Sequence record: MK573636
Strand: one strand, 5' to 3'
Source of the DNA: Escherichia phage vB_EcoM_PHB13
DNA: 64,000 nucleotides
Shown here one piece after another: positions 17,932-26,064 of this stretch (position 1 is its first letter; every line of letters begins with the position of its first letter). The notes under the pieces were generated by a model that worked only from the letters and a program-made list of their open reading frames with translations, was not told the origin of the DNA and searched no databases. The translations under genes and the position numbers were made by a program.

Positions 17932-18354
17932 ATGGAAACAATTAACGTACATGTTCGCCGTAGTAAGCTGCGTAGATTCTTCGAAACCGAAATGCGCAAA
18001 ACCAATGCGCAGATCAAAGAAAAGTGCTTGAATGATGGTTACGGTGAGTATATTTTCATTCGCTTTAGTCCGCATATGATCGACCGTCTAACCGATCGTC
18101 ATATCGATGAACATAAGACAATGGAACTATTCAATAAGGTAGAAACTCGTTTGCCGGAGATCTTCGACTTCCTGAGAATGGAAGACCGACCTAATCGATT
18201 AGAAATTACTGACGGTAACATGTGGATCGGAATGACAGTAGATCTAATCGAAGAGGGTAAACCGTATCACGGTCTATGCTGCCGAATGATTATAGAGAAT
18301 CCAAAACGACTTGCGGGTAAAATGTCGGCTGTTGTTTTGAGGGTAGACCAATAA
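17932..18354 (+). CDS. hypothetical protein; possible RegB-like endoribonuclease by position and size
   Basis: 141 aa from the ATG at 17932 (METINVHVRRSKLRRFFETEMRK...RLEITDGNMW...). Located between the e-equivalent region and tk, where T4 carries regB (153 aa). Assignment is by synteny only. Confidence 0.3.
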   Translation: METINVHVRRSKLRRFFETEMRKTNAQIKEKCLNDGYGEYIFIRFSPHMIDRLTDRHIDEHKTMELFNKVETRLPEIFDFLRMEDRPNRLEITDGNMWIGMTVDLIEEGKPYHGLCCRMIIENPKRLAGKMSAVVLRVDQ

Positions 18355-18376
18355 TGGAAATTGGTTAAATTAATGC

Positions 18377-18405
18377 TTGACTTTCTGGTGATAGGGCTAT
18401 ATTAT
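18377..18405 (+). promoter_or_regulatory. sigma70-type promoter upstream of the transglycosylase gene
   Basis: AATGCTTGACT ... TATATTAT; -35 overlaps a TGCTT MotA-box-like motif. Confidence 0.4.
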
Positions 18406-18439
18406 GGAATCAGAAAGTTAAGCCAAACAGGAGAAATTA

Positions 18440-19030
18440 ATGTTAAAAGTTCTAAAAGCGATAGTATTGAGTCTGTCACTAGCCGTTGGTGCTACACACG
18501 CATCGACTAGCGCACCGATCAAAAAAGCGCCGATAGACAACTTTACAGCACACCAACTAGATAATTTACATTTCGCCTATCAATACGGCGAACAATTCGA
18601 GAAAAGCGGTAAGTTGAAAAAGCACCATCCGAATATTCGCTATAACGGAAAGGGTTTAGGCCACATCCTGGCGGGTATCGCATGGCAAGAATCAAGCGCG
18701 GGTGCAAACTTAGCACCAAAGAAAAATCATCATGCTTATGGATTATTTCAAAATTACCTTAAAACGGTGAAAGCGAAAAATGCAAAGCGCGGTGTTAAAA
18801 TGAGTGATCGCCAGACTATCAACTTTATAATGAATCGCGAGGTTTCTGCATTCTACGCGATGGATGAGTTAGCATACTGGCTGGATGTTCGAAACGGTAA
18901 TATCCGACTCGCGCTAGCTTCTTACAATGCAGGATGGAACTATAAAGCCGGTTTAGGTTATGCTGATGATGTACTAAAAAAGGCTAACCATCTAAAGAGT
19001 AAAGGCATTCTTAAAACTAAACGCTATTGA
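18440..19030 (+). CDS. secreted lytic transglycosylase-like protein (SLT domain)
   Basis: 196 aa; N-terminal signal peptide (MLKVLKAIVLSLSLAVGATHA); SLT signature AWQESS...GLFQ...YNAG. Confidence 0.6.
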   Translation: MLKVLKAIVLSLSLAVGATHASTSAPIKKAPIDNFTAHQLDNLHFAYQYGEQFEKSGKLKKHHPNIRYNGKGLGHILAGIAWQESSAGANLAPKKNHHAYGLFQNYLKTVKAKNAKRGVKMSDRQTINFIMNREVSAFYAMDELAYWLDVRNGNIRLALASYNAGWNYKAGLGYADDVLKKANHLKSKGILKTKRY

Positions 19031-19037
19031 GGAATGT

Positions 19038-19397
19038 ATGAAAAAGTTGACAATAATTGCTATGATTGCTATGATGTTCTCTGCTGGTGCGCTTGCTAGT
19101 AATGAGCGACCTTATCCAAAGTTCGAATACAAAGGATTTGAGATCAACAAAAAGATCATTAAAACCTTCTGTGATGATGATAACATGTGTAGCGATTTTA
19201 TAGCACTTGAACTCGACGAAGCCTATAAACAAGGTCGAGATGAAAAACGAAAAAATCGAGCGTGGGATCTGAGTATTGCCAGCTTTGCTAAAACAAAACG
19301 CAATCTGTGTGATACTGCCCCTGATAAGCAATTATGCTTTGCCTATCGAGACACACTGTTAAGCCGTTTTATGGCTGGGTTGTCTTCCCGTGACTAA
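19038..19397 (+). CDS. secreted hypothetical protein
   Basis: 119 aa with cleavable signal peptide (MKKLTIIAMIAMMFSAGALA) and four Cys; immediately downstream of the SLT gene. Confidence 0.45.
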   Translation: MKKLTIIAMIAMMFSAGALASNERPYPKFEYKGFEINKKIIKTFCDDDNMCSDFIALELDEAYKQGRDEKRKNRAWDLSIASFAKTKRNLCDTAPDKQLCFAYRDTLLSRFMAGLSSRD

Positions 19398-19412
19398 TTA
19401 GAGGTTTATATT

Positions 19413-19868
19413 ATGATTATTGATACTGTAAAGGGCGATCTCATCGCCCTGTTTAAACAAGGAAACGGTCATTTAATTCATGGTTGTAATTGTTTTCATA
19501 CTATGGGCGCTGGTATTGCTGCAAAGATCGCGAAAGAGTTCCCACAAGCGTTAGAGATTGACAAGCAAACTTCTCGCGGTAAGGTAGAAAAGCTGGGTGG
19601 GTTTAGTGTCTGGACGCATCAAGTTAATGGTTATAATTGGTGCGGGGTGAATCTCTATACCCAATTCCGACCGGGTCCAAATGCTGAATATGGTGCTATC
19701 CTGAAAGGATTTGAGACTATCAATGATGTTTTTGAAGGTGCTATACAGCCTTTCTATATTCCTAAAATCGGTTGCGGTATCGGTGGCCTTGAGTGGGAAT
19801 GTGTAGAAGAGATCATTAATATTGCTACTCCAGACATTAACATTGTGGTGGTTGAATATGACAAATAA
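19413..19868 (+). CDS. macro-domain protein (putative ADP-ribose binding / ADP-ribosylhydrolase)
   Basis: 151 aa; Gly-rich motifs (HGCNCFHTMGAGIAAKIA and IPKIGCGIGGL) in macrodomain-like arrangement. Confidence 0.5.
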   Translation: MIIDTVKGDLIALFKQGNGHLIHGCNCFHTMGAGIAAKIAKEFPQALEIDKQTSRGKVEKLGGFSVWTHQVNGYNWCGVNLYTQFRPGPNAEYGAILKGFETINDVFEGAIQPFYIPKIGCGIGGLEWECVEEIINIATPDINIVVVEYDK

Positions 19869-20052
19869 AAATGATCTATATTCCGGTGATTGGGTGAAAC
19901 GTCAGTCTGTAGAAAACGTAACTTGTTTTCGTTGTTTCACTGAATACAATATAAAAACCGCTCCTGTTAGTGTTCCAAAGACAGACGGGTATTATATTAA
20001 AGAACCGCATTGCCCTAAATGTAAATGTCGATTATATTGGAGTCATCTATGA
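19858..20052 (+). CDS. Cys-rich zinc-ribbon-like small protein
   Basis: About 64 aa with CxxC...CPKCKC motifs. Confidence 0.4.
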   Translation: MTNKNDLYSGDWVKRQSVENVTCFRCFTEYNIKTAPVSVPKTDGYYIKEPHCPKCKCRLYWSHL

Positions 20053-20267
20053 ATAAGCCTAATACCGCTCACATGAAGGAAAACTGCCGTTGTGGTAGAT
20101 GTGGTTGGCCTATCATCTTCACTTGCTGTAACGACGATATGCAGCGTTTACCGTGGGGAATGTGGGATTGGTGGATGTATTGCAGCAATAAAGGTTGCGA
20201 CCATCATGAAGGTGAAGGAGTCTTTCAGGAAACACCTGATTGGGTGGAGGTGATAGAAAATGCTTGA
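20049..20267 (+). CDS. Cys-rich small protein
   Basis: About 72 aa with CRCGRCG and CCND...CSNKGC motifs. Confidence 0.4.
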   Translation: MNKPNTAHMKENCRCGRCGWPIIFTCCNDDMQRLPWGMWDWWMYCSNKGCDHHEGEGVFQETPDWVEVIENA

Positions 20268-20553
20268 GACTATCATTAACCTTGTTATGTGGACTTTCAA
20301 TTTCGTTATTGTTATTATGGCGGGTATTGAGATTGTCAAGCAGTATCTGTTACAATCCAGAAATAAACATGTTGTAATTGATATGGACTCTCAAGGAAAT
20401 AAGCTGATCCGGTTAGAAGATGGTCGGGAATATTGGGTAGGTTATCCAAAGACACTACGCGGATTTATCTTTGCTATGGGTGTTTGCTTCTTTTTCCTTT
20501 GTATCTGGACTTATATCGGTTTAGGTCTTGTTGGATTTTTGGAGATTAATTAA
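20260..20553 (+). CDS. small membrane protein
   Basis: 97 aa with two TM segments; start overlaps the upstream stop, and its end overlaps the tk start (ATGGCG at 20553). Confidence 0.4.
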   Translation: MLETIINLVMWTFNFVIVIMAGIEIVKQYLLQSRNKHVVIDMDSQGNKLIRLEDGREYWVGYPKTLRGFIFAMGVCFFFLCIWTYIGLGLVGFLEIN

Positions 20554-21149
20554 TGGCGCAATTATATTTCTACTATGCATCTATGAACGCTGGCAAATCA
20601 ACTTCTCTGTTACAAAGTGCTTATAACTATACCGAACGTGATATGCGAGTATTAATTCTTAAGCCAGCGATTGATAATCGAGATTCAGAAAGTGAAGTCG
20701 TTTCCCGAATTGGCCTAAGTGTCCCAGCGATCACCTTCACTAAATCTGATGATCTTTTCGATTTGGTTTATCGTGAATCGTTAGGTAAGCGTAGACCGGA
20801 TCGATGGCGTCCAGATGCAGTTTTTGTAGACGAAGCCCAATTTATGACTAAAGAGCATGTTTTAGGCTTGTGTGCGCTTGTTGATGATGCTAATATCCCT
20901 GTACTGTGCTATGGCCTTCGCACTGACTTTCAGGGCAATCTATTTGAAGGATCTGCGGCATTAATGGCATTTGCTGATAAACTGGTCGAAATGAAGGGTA
21001 TTTGTCATTGTGGCAAGAAAGCGACTATGGTCCTTCGCGTAGATAAAGATGGTAATGTTATTCGCGATGGTGCTCAAATAGAAGTTGGTGCAGAGGATAA
21101 ATATGTTTCTGTGTGTCGTAAACATTTTATTGATGGTACTACCAAATAA
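20553..21149 (+). CDS. tk: thymidine kinase
   Basis: 198 aa; P-loop (ASMNAGKST) and C-terminal zinc ribbon (CHCGKKAT...CRKHF) of type II thymidine kinases; T4 tk position. Confidence 0.9.
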   Translation: MAQLYFYYASMNAGKSTSLLQSAYNYTERDMRVLILKPAIDNRDSESEVVSRIGLSVPAITFTKSDDLFDLVYRESLGKRRPDRWRPDAVFVDEAQFMTKEHVLGLCALVDDANIPVLCYGLRTDFQGNLFEGSAALMAFADKLVEMKGICHCGKKATMVLRVDKDGNVIRDGAQIEVGAEDKYVSVCRKHFIDGTTK

Positions 21150-21176
21150 GAGTTAATCATAAATAAAGCCCCGGAT

Positions 21177-21184
21177 TATAAATA
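21177..21184 (+). promoter_or_regulatory. T4-type late promoter motif TATAAATA upstream of the rI-like gene
   Basis: Exact TATAAATA about 34 bp upstream of the ATG at 21218. Confidence 0.45.
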
Positions 21185-21217
21185 TAACTGAATATTTTCA
21201 ATCTGGGGGAATGACTT

Positions 21218-21520
21218 ATGTCATTTATTCGTAAAACTCTAACAGCGGCAATATGCTTGACTGCGGTCGGAAGTGTCAGTGCTGATCAATATGATCCAAC
21301 TGGTGACTTTACTGATTATTTCGACGGCGCAATGATAGTATATGTAAACAAAATATCTCCTTCCATTGAAACCAGCCAGAAATTTCATGCCCATATTATG
21401 AAGATGTATGCTCGTAGTAAATGTATGGATTCTAGGCAGTGTTTTATTATGGGGGGATATGCCGCACAACAATTTGTTCTGTTGCATAATATGGAGAATC
21501 GAGAACATGAAATTCAGTGA
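21218..21520 (+). CDS. rI: lysis inhibition regulator RI-like periplasmic protein (antiholin)
   Basis: 100 aa with N-terminal signal-anchor sequence and a two-Cys C-terminal domain; directly after tk, as rI is in T4 (97 aa). Confidence 0.5.
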   Translation: MSFIRKTLTAAICLTAVGSVSADQYDPTGDFTDYFDGAMIVYVNKISPSIETSQKFHAHIMKMYARSKCMDSRQCFIMGGYAAQQFVLLHNMENREHEIQ

Positions 21521-21905
21521 TTTTCTAAAGACTTCCGAAGAGGGAAAGGCTAATAAAGTTGACCGCTTTATCGGTGAATGTCTGATGAGTGTTACTTATA
21601 TGCATTCTGCGCATTTTGGGGTAACTGGTCCTGGATCTTATGCAAAACATAAGGCTCTAGAAGAGTTCTATCTTGAAATGCAAGAATTGGTTGATAATTT
21701 CACTGAAACCAATATTGGGATCACTGGTCGTTATCAGCCAAAGTTGGTCGTCCGCAAGGAGATTAGCGAAATTGCCTATTTGCAAGAGTTAACGCAAATG
21801 GCTAGTGAGATTTATAATGATGTTGATAGCTCGTTACAGAGTGTTTTAGACGATATCAAAGCTCTATGCTTTAAAACAATTTATAAACTCACTCGACTGG
21901 CTTAA
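21507..21905 (+). CDS. hypothetical protein (rI.-1 position)
   Basis: About 133 aa from the ATG overlapping the rI-like stop. Confidence 0.4.
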   Translation: MKFSDFLKTSEEGKANKVDRFIGECLMSVTYMHSAHFGVTGPGSYAKHKALEEFYLEMQELVDNFTETNIGITGRYQPKLVVRKEISEIAYLQELTQMASEIYNDVDSSLQSVLDDIKALCFKTIYKLTRLA

Positions 21906-22139
21906 TGTTAGTCACCGTGGGATGCATACCATAAGTAAAAGAATACTAGCATTAACACAACTATTTGGCTTCCTCATAATTTCGCGTGTTCAATTACTGC
22001 CGAATCGGAAGACCCGTCTAAGACGAGGAAGGGTTATCATTGGAAAGGGATGGTGAATTGGTTACTATGTTTAACTAGTTTAGCAAAGGTCGATTCAAAC
22101 ACTACTATACAAATGGACGTGAATAAAATATAATCAAAA

Positions 22140-22164
22140 GCCATCCGAAAGGGTGGCTTTTTTG
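22140..22164 (+). terminator. intrinsic terminator
   Basis: GCCATCCGAAAGGGTGGC hairpin plus TTTTTT. Confidence 0.65.
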
Positions 22165-22174
22165 TTTTTAGGTG

Positions 22175-22203
22175 TTGACAACCGGAATAGTGTATAGCAT
22201 AAT
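22175..22203 (+). promoter_or_regulatory. sigma70-type early promoter cassette
   Basis: TTGACA-N17-CATAAT followed by GCACACATCGACAACAAAGGAGAATCAAAA-ATG. Confidence 0.6.
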
Positions 22204-22233
22204 GCACACATCGACAACAAAGGAGAATCAAAA

Positions 22234-22449
22234 ATGATTAATCCAGTAGCGGCAGCACTTGCTTCCGAAGAAACTTTGAAGTATATGGTAGAACATGCAG
22301 CAAAGAAAGGAGAAATTGTTACTGCCGATGAGATCGTAGAAACCATGCTCCGCGATCCGAATGGTAACACTGCAAAGTTTTTCGGTGATCATCTTAAACT
22401 GGCTTACAAAACAATTATGGAGACCGTGAAAAAATGCAAAATGATGTGA
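22234..22449 (+). CDS. hypothetical early protein
   Basis: 71 aa behind a promoter cassette. Confidence 0.45.
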   Translation: MINPVAAALASEETLKYMVEHAAKKGEIVTADEIVETMLRDPNGNTAKFFGDHLKLAYKTIMETVKKCKMM

Positions 22450-22772
22450 TTGAAGTTATTATGAATCAATACCGAAACCGGATTTGGTCTGGACGTATCA
22501 AAGAAGAAAAGGCAAAACGGATCATCGAAAAATATGCTGAAAAGACTAAGCAAGCGCCAACGGCTAACAGAGTTATGATTCTTAAATGTCTGGTGCTTTC
22601 CGGTGACGATATGCCTATTGATGCAGAGACAGCCACCGATTTTCATAAGACCTATCGCCAGTGTGATGTAATTTTTACTTCTGGCTTCGGTAGTTATGAC
22701 TCTATTATGTGGAATTTAATGCACCTTGACGCAACGATCTGGGATGTACTTTCGGAGGAGGGTTACAAATGA
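22434..22772 (+). CDS. hypothetical protein
   Basis: 112 aa ORF overlapping its neighbours. Confidence 0.4.
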   Translation: MQNDVIEVIMNQYRNRIWSGRIKEEKAKRIIEKYAEKTKQAPTANRVMILKCLVLSGDDMPIDAETATDFHKTYRQCDVIFTSGFGSYDSIMWNLMHLDATIWDVLSEEGYK

Positions 22773-23119
22773 ACATTGACATTCAACGACTAATTGATCA
22801 CCTTCACGCGGGAATACCTTATCATGGCGACGTTACCCGTGATATTCTTGATGTGTTGGAATATACCAAGCAAGTGATCAACGAAAAGCAAGCATTAGAA
22901 TCATGGATCGACGAGGCAATAGGAAACATTGCAACCGAAGATGAATTAGATAATCACTTTGGACCTGTTCTTGATGCTCTTATGGCTGCGCGTGATACCA
23001 AACTGAAACAGGATAAACAAGAATTTATCCTTGATGGTTTAGCTCGTTATCACAATGCAATTGATATTATGAATAACCAGCATGATTATGCTATTAGTGT
23101 TTTGCGAGGTCTGGCATGA
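22769..23119 (+). CDS. hypothetical protein
   Basis: 116 aa; ATGA overlap with the upstream gene. Confidence 0.4.
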   Translation: MNIDIQRLIDHLHAGIPYHGDVTRDILDVLEYTKQVINEKQALESWIDEAIGNIATEDELDNHFGPVLDALMAARDTKLKQDKQEFILDGLARYHNAIDIMNNQHDYAISVLRGLA

Positions 23120-23400
23120 AAGACACAAACGAATTTAACTGTATTCAGGTAAGCCCGAATTTTATTGTTCCATCACTGGTGACTAAGCTGAATGGTCATA
23201 TGGTCGCTTTGTCTTCCACACCGCCAGAATCAGGAAAGTTTATTACTATCGTAGTTTATGCGGGGCAAATTTTCTCTCATGATTGCTGCATGAAAAATGG
23301 TCAGTTGATGGTTGCAAATTATGACTACGGCGACCTTGAATGGGAAGTTTTAGGACTGGCTAAAGGCGCTGAAATTCTGGGCTATATTCGATTAATTTAA
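23116..23400 (+). CDS. hypothetical protein
   Basis: 94 aa; ATGA overlap. Confidence 0.4.
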   Translation: MKDTNEFNCIQVSPNFIVPSLVTKLNGHMVALSSTPPESGKFITIVVYAGQIFSHDCCMKNGQLMVANYDYGDLEWEVLGLAKGAEILGYIRLI

Positions 23401-23418
23401 ATTTTTTCTTAGAAAGTG

Positions 23419-23447
23419 TTGACAGCGATCCGGTGTCATTGCATAAT
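23419..23447 (+). promoter_or_regulatory. sigma70-type early promoter cassette
   Basis: TTGACA-N17-CATAAT followed by ACACCCATCGAAACGAGATAC...AGGAGAATCAAAA-ATG. Confidence 0.6.
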
Positions 23448-23488
23448 ACACCCATCGAAACGAGATACACTTTCTAGGAGAATCAAAA

Positions 23489-23710
23489 ATGGCAACTGTT
23501 AAAATTATCAAATCTTCCGCTGGTTTCGGTTTCATGCGTGGAGCTAAGTACCCGATGATTATTGAAAACGTTGCCATCGAAGATGGTATGGCTAAAGTGA
23601 CCAGCCGTCAATTGTTCGAAGCTGGTGTTAAAACTGCTGAATCATGGGCGCTTCGTTACCCAAACAAAACTTGGTCTTTCTTCCTGAATGGAGAAGCAGA
23701 GGTCATCTAA
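23489..23710 (+). CDS. small protein, KIEII/GVKLPII family member
   Basis: 73 aa; KIIKSSAGFGFMRGAKYPMIIE resembles the N-termini of ORFs at 26061, 26277 and 26534. Confidence 0.45.
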   Translation: MATVKIIKSSAGFGFMRGAKYPMIIENVAIEDGMAKVTSRQLFEAGVKTAESWALRYPNKTWSFFLNGEAEVI

Positions 23711-23728
23711 GTAATATTATTAATCAAT

Positions 23729-23750
23729 GCCCCTTAATTGGGGCTTTTCT
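23729..23750 (+). terminator. intrinsic terminator
   Basis: GCCCCTTAATTGGGGC hairpin plus T-rich tail. Confidence 0.5.
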
Positions 23751-23764
23751 TGTGAGGAAATTTT

Positions 23765-24544
23765 ATGGCAATATCTTCTGGATGGGTAGGATCATCTGCT
23801 GTGTCCGAGACTGGTCAACGGTGGATGAGTGCCGCAATGGAAGCTGTACGCTTAGGTCGTCCGGCGTATATGTCAGCAATGGTCGGACGTTCTAAAGAGA
23901 TTCATTATAGCATTGGTGCTAGTAACTCTTACAATAAAGATACGCTTATTAACTGGATGAAAGCACAAGGATCTACTCCGGTAGTAATTACTATCACAGG
24001 TAATATTGTTTCCCAATCTACTGGCGTTCCTTGTCTTGACTTCCCTAGCTCGTTAACAAACGAATATGTAACATTGATCATTAACTCCGGTGTTCATGTT
24101 TGGGGGCGTGGTGGTAATGGTGGCAATAACTCCGCTGGTGGTGCTGGTGGTAATGCAATTAACAACGGTATAGGCACACGCTTACGCATCACAAATAACG
24201 GTGTTATCGCAGGCGGTGGCGGTGGCGGTGGTGGCGGATATTATTCTCCTACGAAACCAATGAAATTAACCTTTGGTGGTGGCGGCGGTCGTCCATTTGG
24301 TGCTGCTGGTGGGTCTGCTAATATGGAACGGGGTGCTACTGCTGGTACTATTTCCGCGCCAGGTAAAGGGTCTGTCAACGGTGTATATAATGGCGGTAAC
24401 GGTGGTGATGCTGGCGGTGCTGGTGGTAAATGTAATATCCGTGGACAGGGATCGGAATATAATGGCGGTGCGGCTGGTAAGGCTGTTACTGGCAATGCCC
24501 CTCGCTGGGATAAAGTAGGCACGATCTACGGTGCTCGCGTGTAA
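23765..24544 (+). CDS. glycine-rich protein with gp38-adhesin-like polyglycine motifs
   Basis: 259 aa; about 110 aa N-terminal domain, then GGNGGNN, GGAGG, a run of nine Gly, GGGGG and GGNGGDAGGAGG segments resembling the glycine-rich motifs of T2-type gp38 adhesins and colicin translocation domains. Confidence 0.5.
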   Translation: MAISSGWVGSSAVSETGQRWMSAAMEAVRLGRPAYMSAMVGRSKEIHYSIGASNSYNKDTLINWMKAQGSTPVVITITGNIVSQSTGVPCLDFPSSLTNEYVTLIINSGVHVWGRGGNGGNNSAGGAGGNAINNGIGTRLRITNNGVIAGGGGGGGGGYYSPTKPMKLTFGGGGGRPFGAAGGSANMERGATAGTISAPGKGSVNGVYNGGNGGDAGGAGGKCNIRGQGSEYNGGAAGKAVTGNAPRWDKVGTIYGARV

Positions 24545-24550
24545 TTTTAT

Positions 24551-24587
24551 GGGCTATCCTTCGGGATAGCCTTTTTGTTTTTTGGGT
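24551..24587 (+). terminator. intrinsic terminator
   Basis: GGGCTATCCTTCGGGATAGCC hairpin plus T-tract. Confidence 0.65.
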
Positions 24588-24588
24588 G

Positions 24589-24616
24589 TTGACAATGAAA
24601 ATCATAGTGCTATAAT
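24589..24616 (+). promoter_or_regulatory. sigma70-type early promoter cassette
   Basis: TTGACA-N16-TATAAT followed by GCACACATACCAACTAAGGAGAATCAAAG-ATG. Confidence 0.6.
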
Positions 24617-24645
24617 GCACACATACCAACTAAGGAGAATCAAAG

Positions 24646-24936
24646 ATGACCGCTGAACAATTAATCAAACATATCCGCAACATTATTTGGGATCTGTCTG
24701 GTGATAAAGAGGAACAGGCTGAACGCATTTTAGCTAAACTCTATGAGCGCCGTGACCGTGGAGTATCCGTAAAGAAAGTAGAAACTTTCAAAGAGTTATC
24801 TTTCATCGAAGCTAAAAAGGATGGATTAATTTATCAGTTGACAGATGGTTACTGGTGCTATGATAATACTCGCTATGACACCGCGACTGATGCATTAAAA
24901 GCATGTAATGACCATCTTCGCAAAACTACAATTTGA
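24646..24936 (+). CDS. hypothetical early protein
   Basis: 96 aa behind a promoter cassette. Confidence 0.45.
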   Translation: MTAEQLIKHIRNIIWDLSGDKEEQAERILAKLYERRDRGVSVKKVETFKELSFIEAKKDGLIYQLTDGYWCYDNTRYDTATDALKACNDHLRKTTI

Positions 24937-24946
24937 GGATTATATT

Positions 24947-25144
24947 ATGAAGGTTAAAACATTGGCTGATATGGATGAGATCGAGACTCAAGTACATGCG
25001 GCGCTAGTCGGTTATGAGTTTGGTCGATTCCTTAATAAGTTCCATGATTATAAATGCTTAAATTGTGGTGCTCATAACGTAATTGGTGCTTGCTGTATTA
25101 ATCCTGTTATAGTACCATATAAAAGAAATGAAACAGAAGAGTGA
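24947..25144 (+). CDS. Cys-rich small protein
   Basis: About 65 aa from GAGGATTATATT-ATG; CxxC and CC motifs. Confidence 0.4.
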   Translation: MKVKTLADMDEIETQVHAALVGYEFGRFLNKFHDYKCLNCGAHNVIGACCINPVIVPYKRNETEE

Positions 25145-25154
25145 GGAATATAGA

Positions 25155-25412
25155 ATGAATGCCAACGAACAAGTAATACCGCCACCTTTCGGTCGCATTC
25201 CTATAGTTATCACAAAGTCAAATATGTCTTTCGTTGAGGTTGGTGAGCGTACACACATAACAACGATGCACGGAAAACAGTATATTTGGTCATCTTTCTG
25301 TAAATCGTATGAGCTTTTAAGCTGGGCGATTGATGTATGGAAAATTGAATATGAAGTAATTACAGAAGAGAGAGGAATACAAAATGAAAAAGTTGATGGC
25401 TACATTTCATGA
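25155..25412 (+). CDS. small paralogous protein
   Basis: About 85 aa; ITKSNMSFVEVGERTHITTM...SWAIDVWKIEYEVITEE duplicated in the next ORF. Confidence 0.45.
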   Translation: MNANEQVIPPPFGRIPIVITKSNMSFVEVGERTHITTMHGKQYIWSSFCKSYELLSWAIDVWKIEYEVITEERGIQNEKVDGYIS

Positions 25413-25474
25413 CATGCGAGATCTACCAGGTTTAGCACATATCGATTTTCCTGTTACTATGGAAGTGTCGGAAT

Positions 25475-25819
25475 ATGACGGTTATCATGATATTCTGTTC
25501 ATTAAAAAATACTGAGTTTATCCGCTTAGGCGCTAAACCTGCTGTGCTATACCCAGAAGGAAACCGGACAGCGGTCAGAAAAACAAATTCTGTTAAATTG
25601 TCATTTAGTTCAGATGTTGGCTTGGAACCCGCTTTCGGATATACTCCGGTCGAGATCACAAAATCGAATACTTCTTTCGTGAAAGTTGGAGAGAAAACGC
25701 ATATTTCAACTATGCCGAACGGTGCACAATATCTATGGTCCGATTTCTGCCAGCGTTATGAGCGTTTATCATGGGCTACCCGCTTATGGTGTGTTGAGTA
25801 TAAGGAGATCACAAAATGA
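25475..25819 (+). CDS. small paralogous protein
   Basis: Paralog of 25155 (EITKSNTSFVKVGEKTHISTM...SWATRLWCVEYKEITK); start uncertain. Confidence 0.4.
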   Translation: MTVIMIFCSLKNTEFIRLGAKPAVLYPEGNRTAVRKTNSVKLSFSSDVGLEPAFGYTPVEITKSNTSFVKVGEKTHISTMPNGAQYLWSDFCQRYERLSWATRLWCVEYKEITK

Positions 25820-26064
25820 TCACCGGATATATTCCATATTCAACGACAAAACACATTATCGGATTTGAAGACATAGAAAAGTCTTGCTTTCCTCTCAAGG
25901 TTGAAGTAGACTTTATTACAGCGAACGGATGGGCTTACGTCACTGTTTCAGAAATGAAGCGAGTGGGGTGGGAAAACTGCATACACCTACCGCATCTTAT
26001 CCTAGATGTTCGCGCTGGTGAAATTGATATTGCTGGAAAGATCTATGGAGATAATGTAACATGA
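25816..26064 (+). CDS. hypothetical protein
   Basis: 82 aa; ATGA overlap. Confidence 0.4.
   Translation: MITGYIPYSTTKHIIGFEDIEKSCFPLKVEVDFITANGWAYVTVSEMKRVGWENCIHLPHLILDVRAGEIDIAGKIYGDNVT

Noticed and set aside
24241-24522. Pro/Ala-rich ORFs antisense or out of frame within the glycine-rich gene (24241-24522 -, 24273-24518 +)
   Set aside because: Artefacts of the GGN codon repeats of the glycine-rich coding region.
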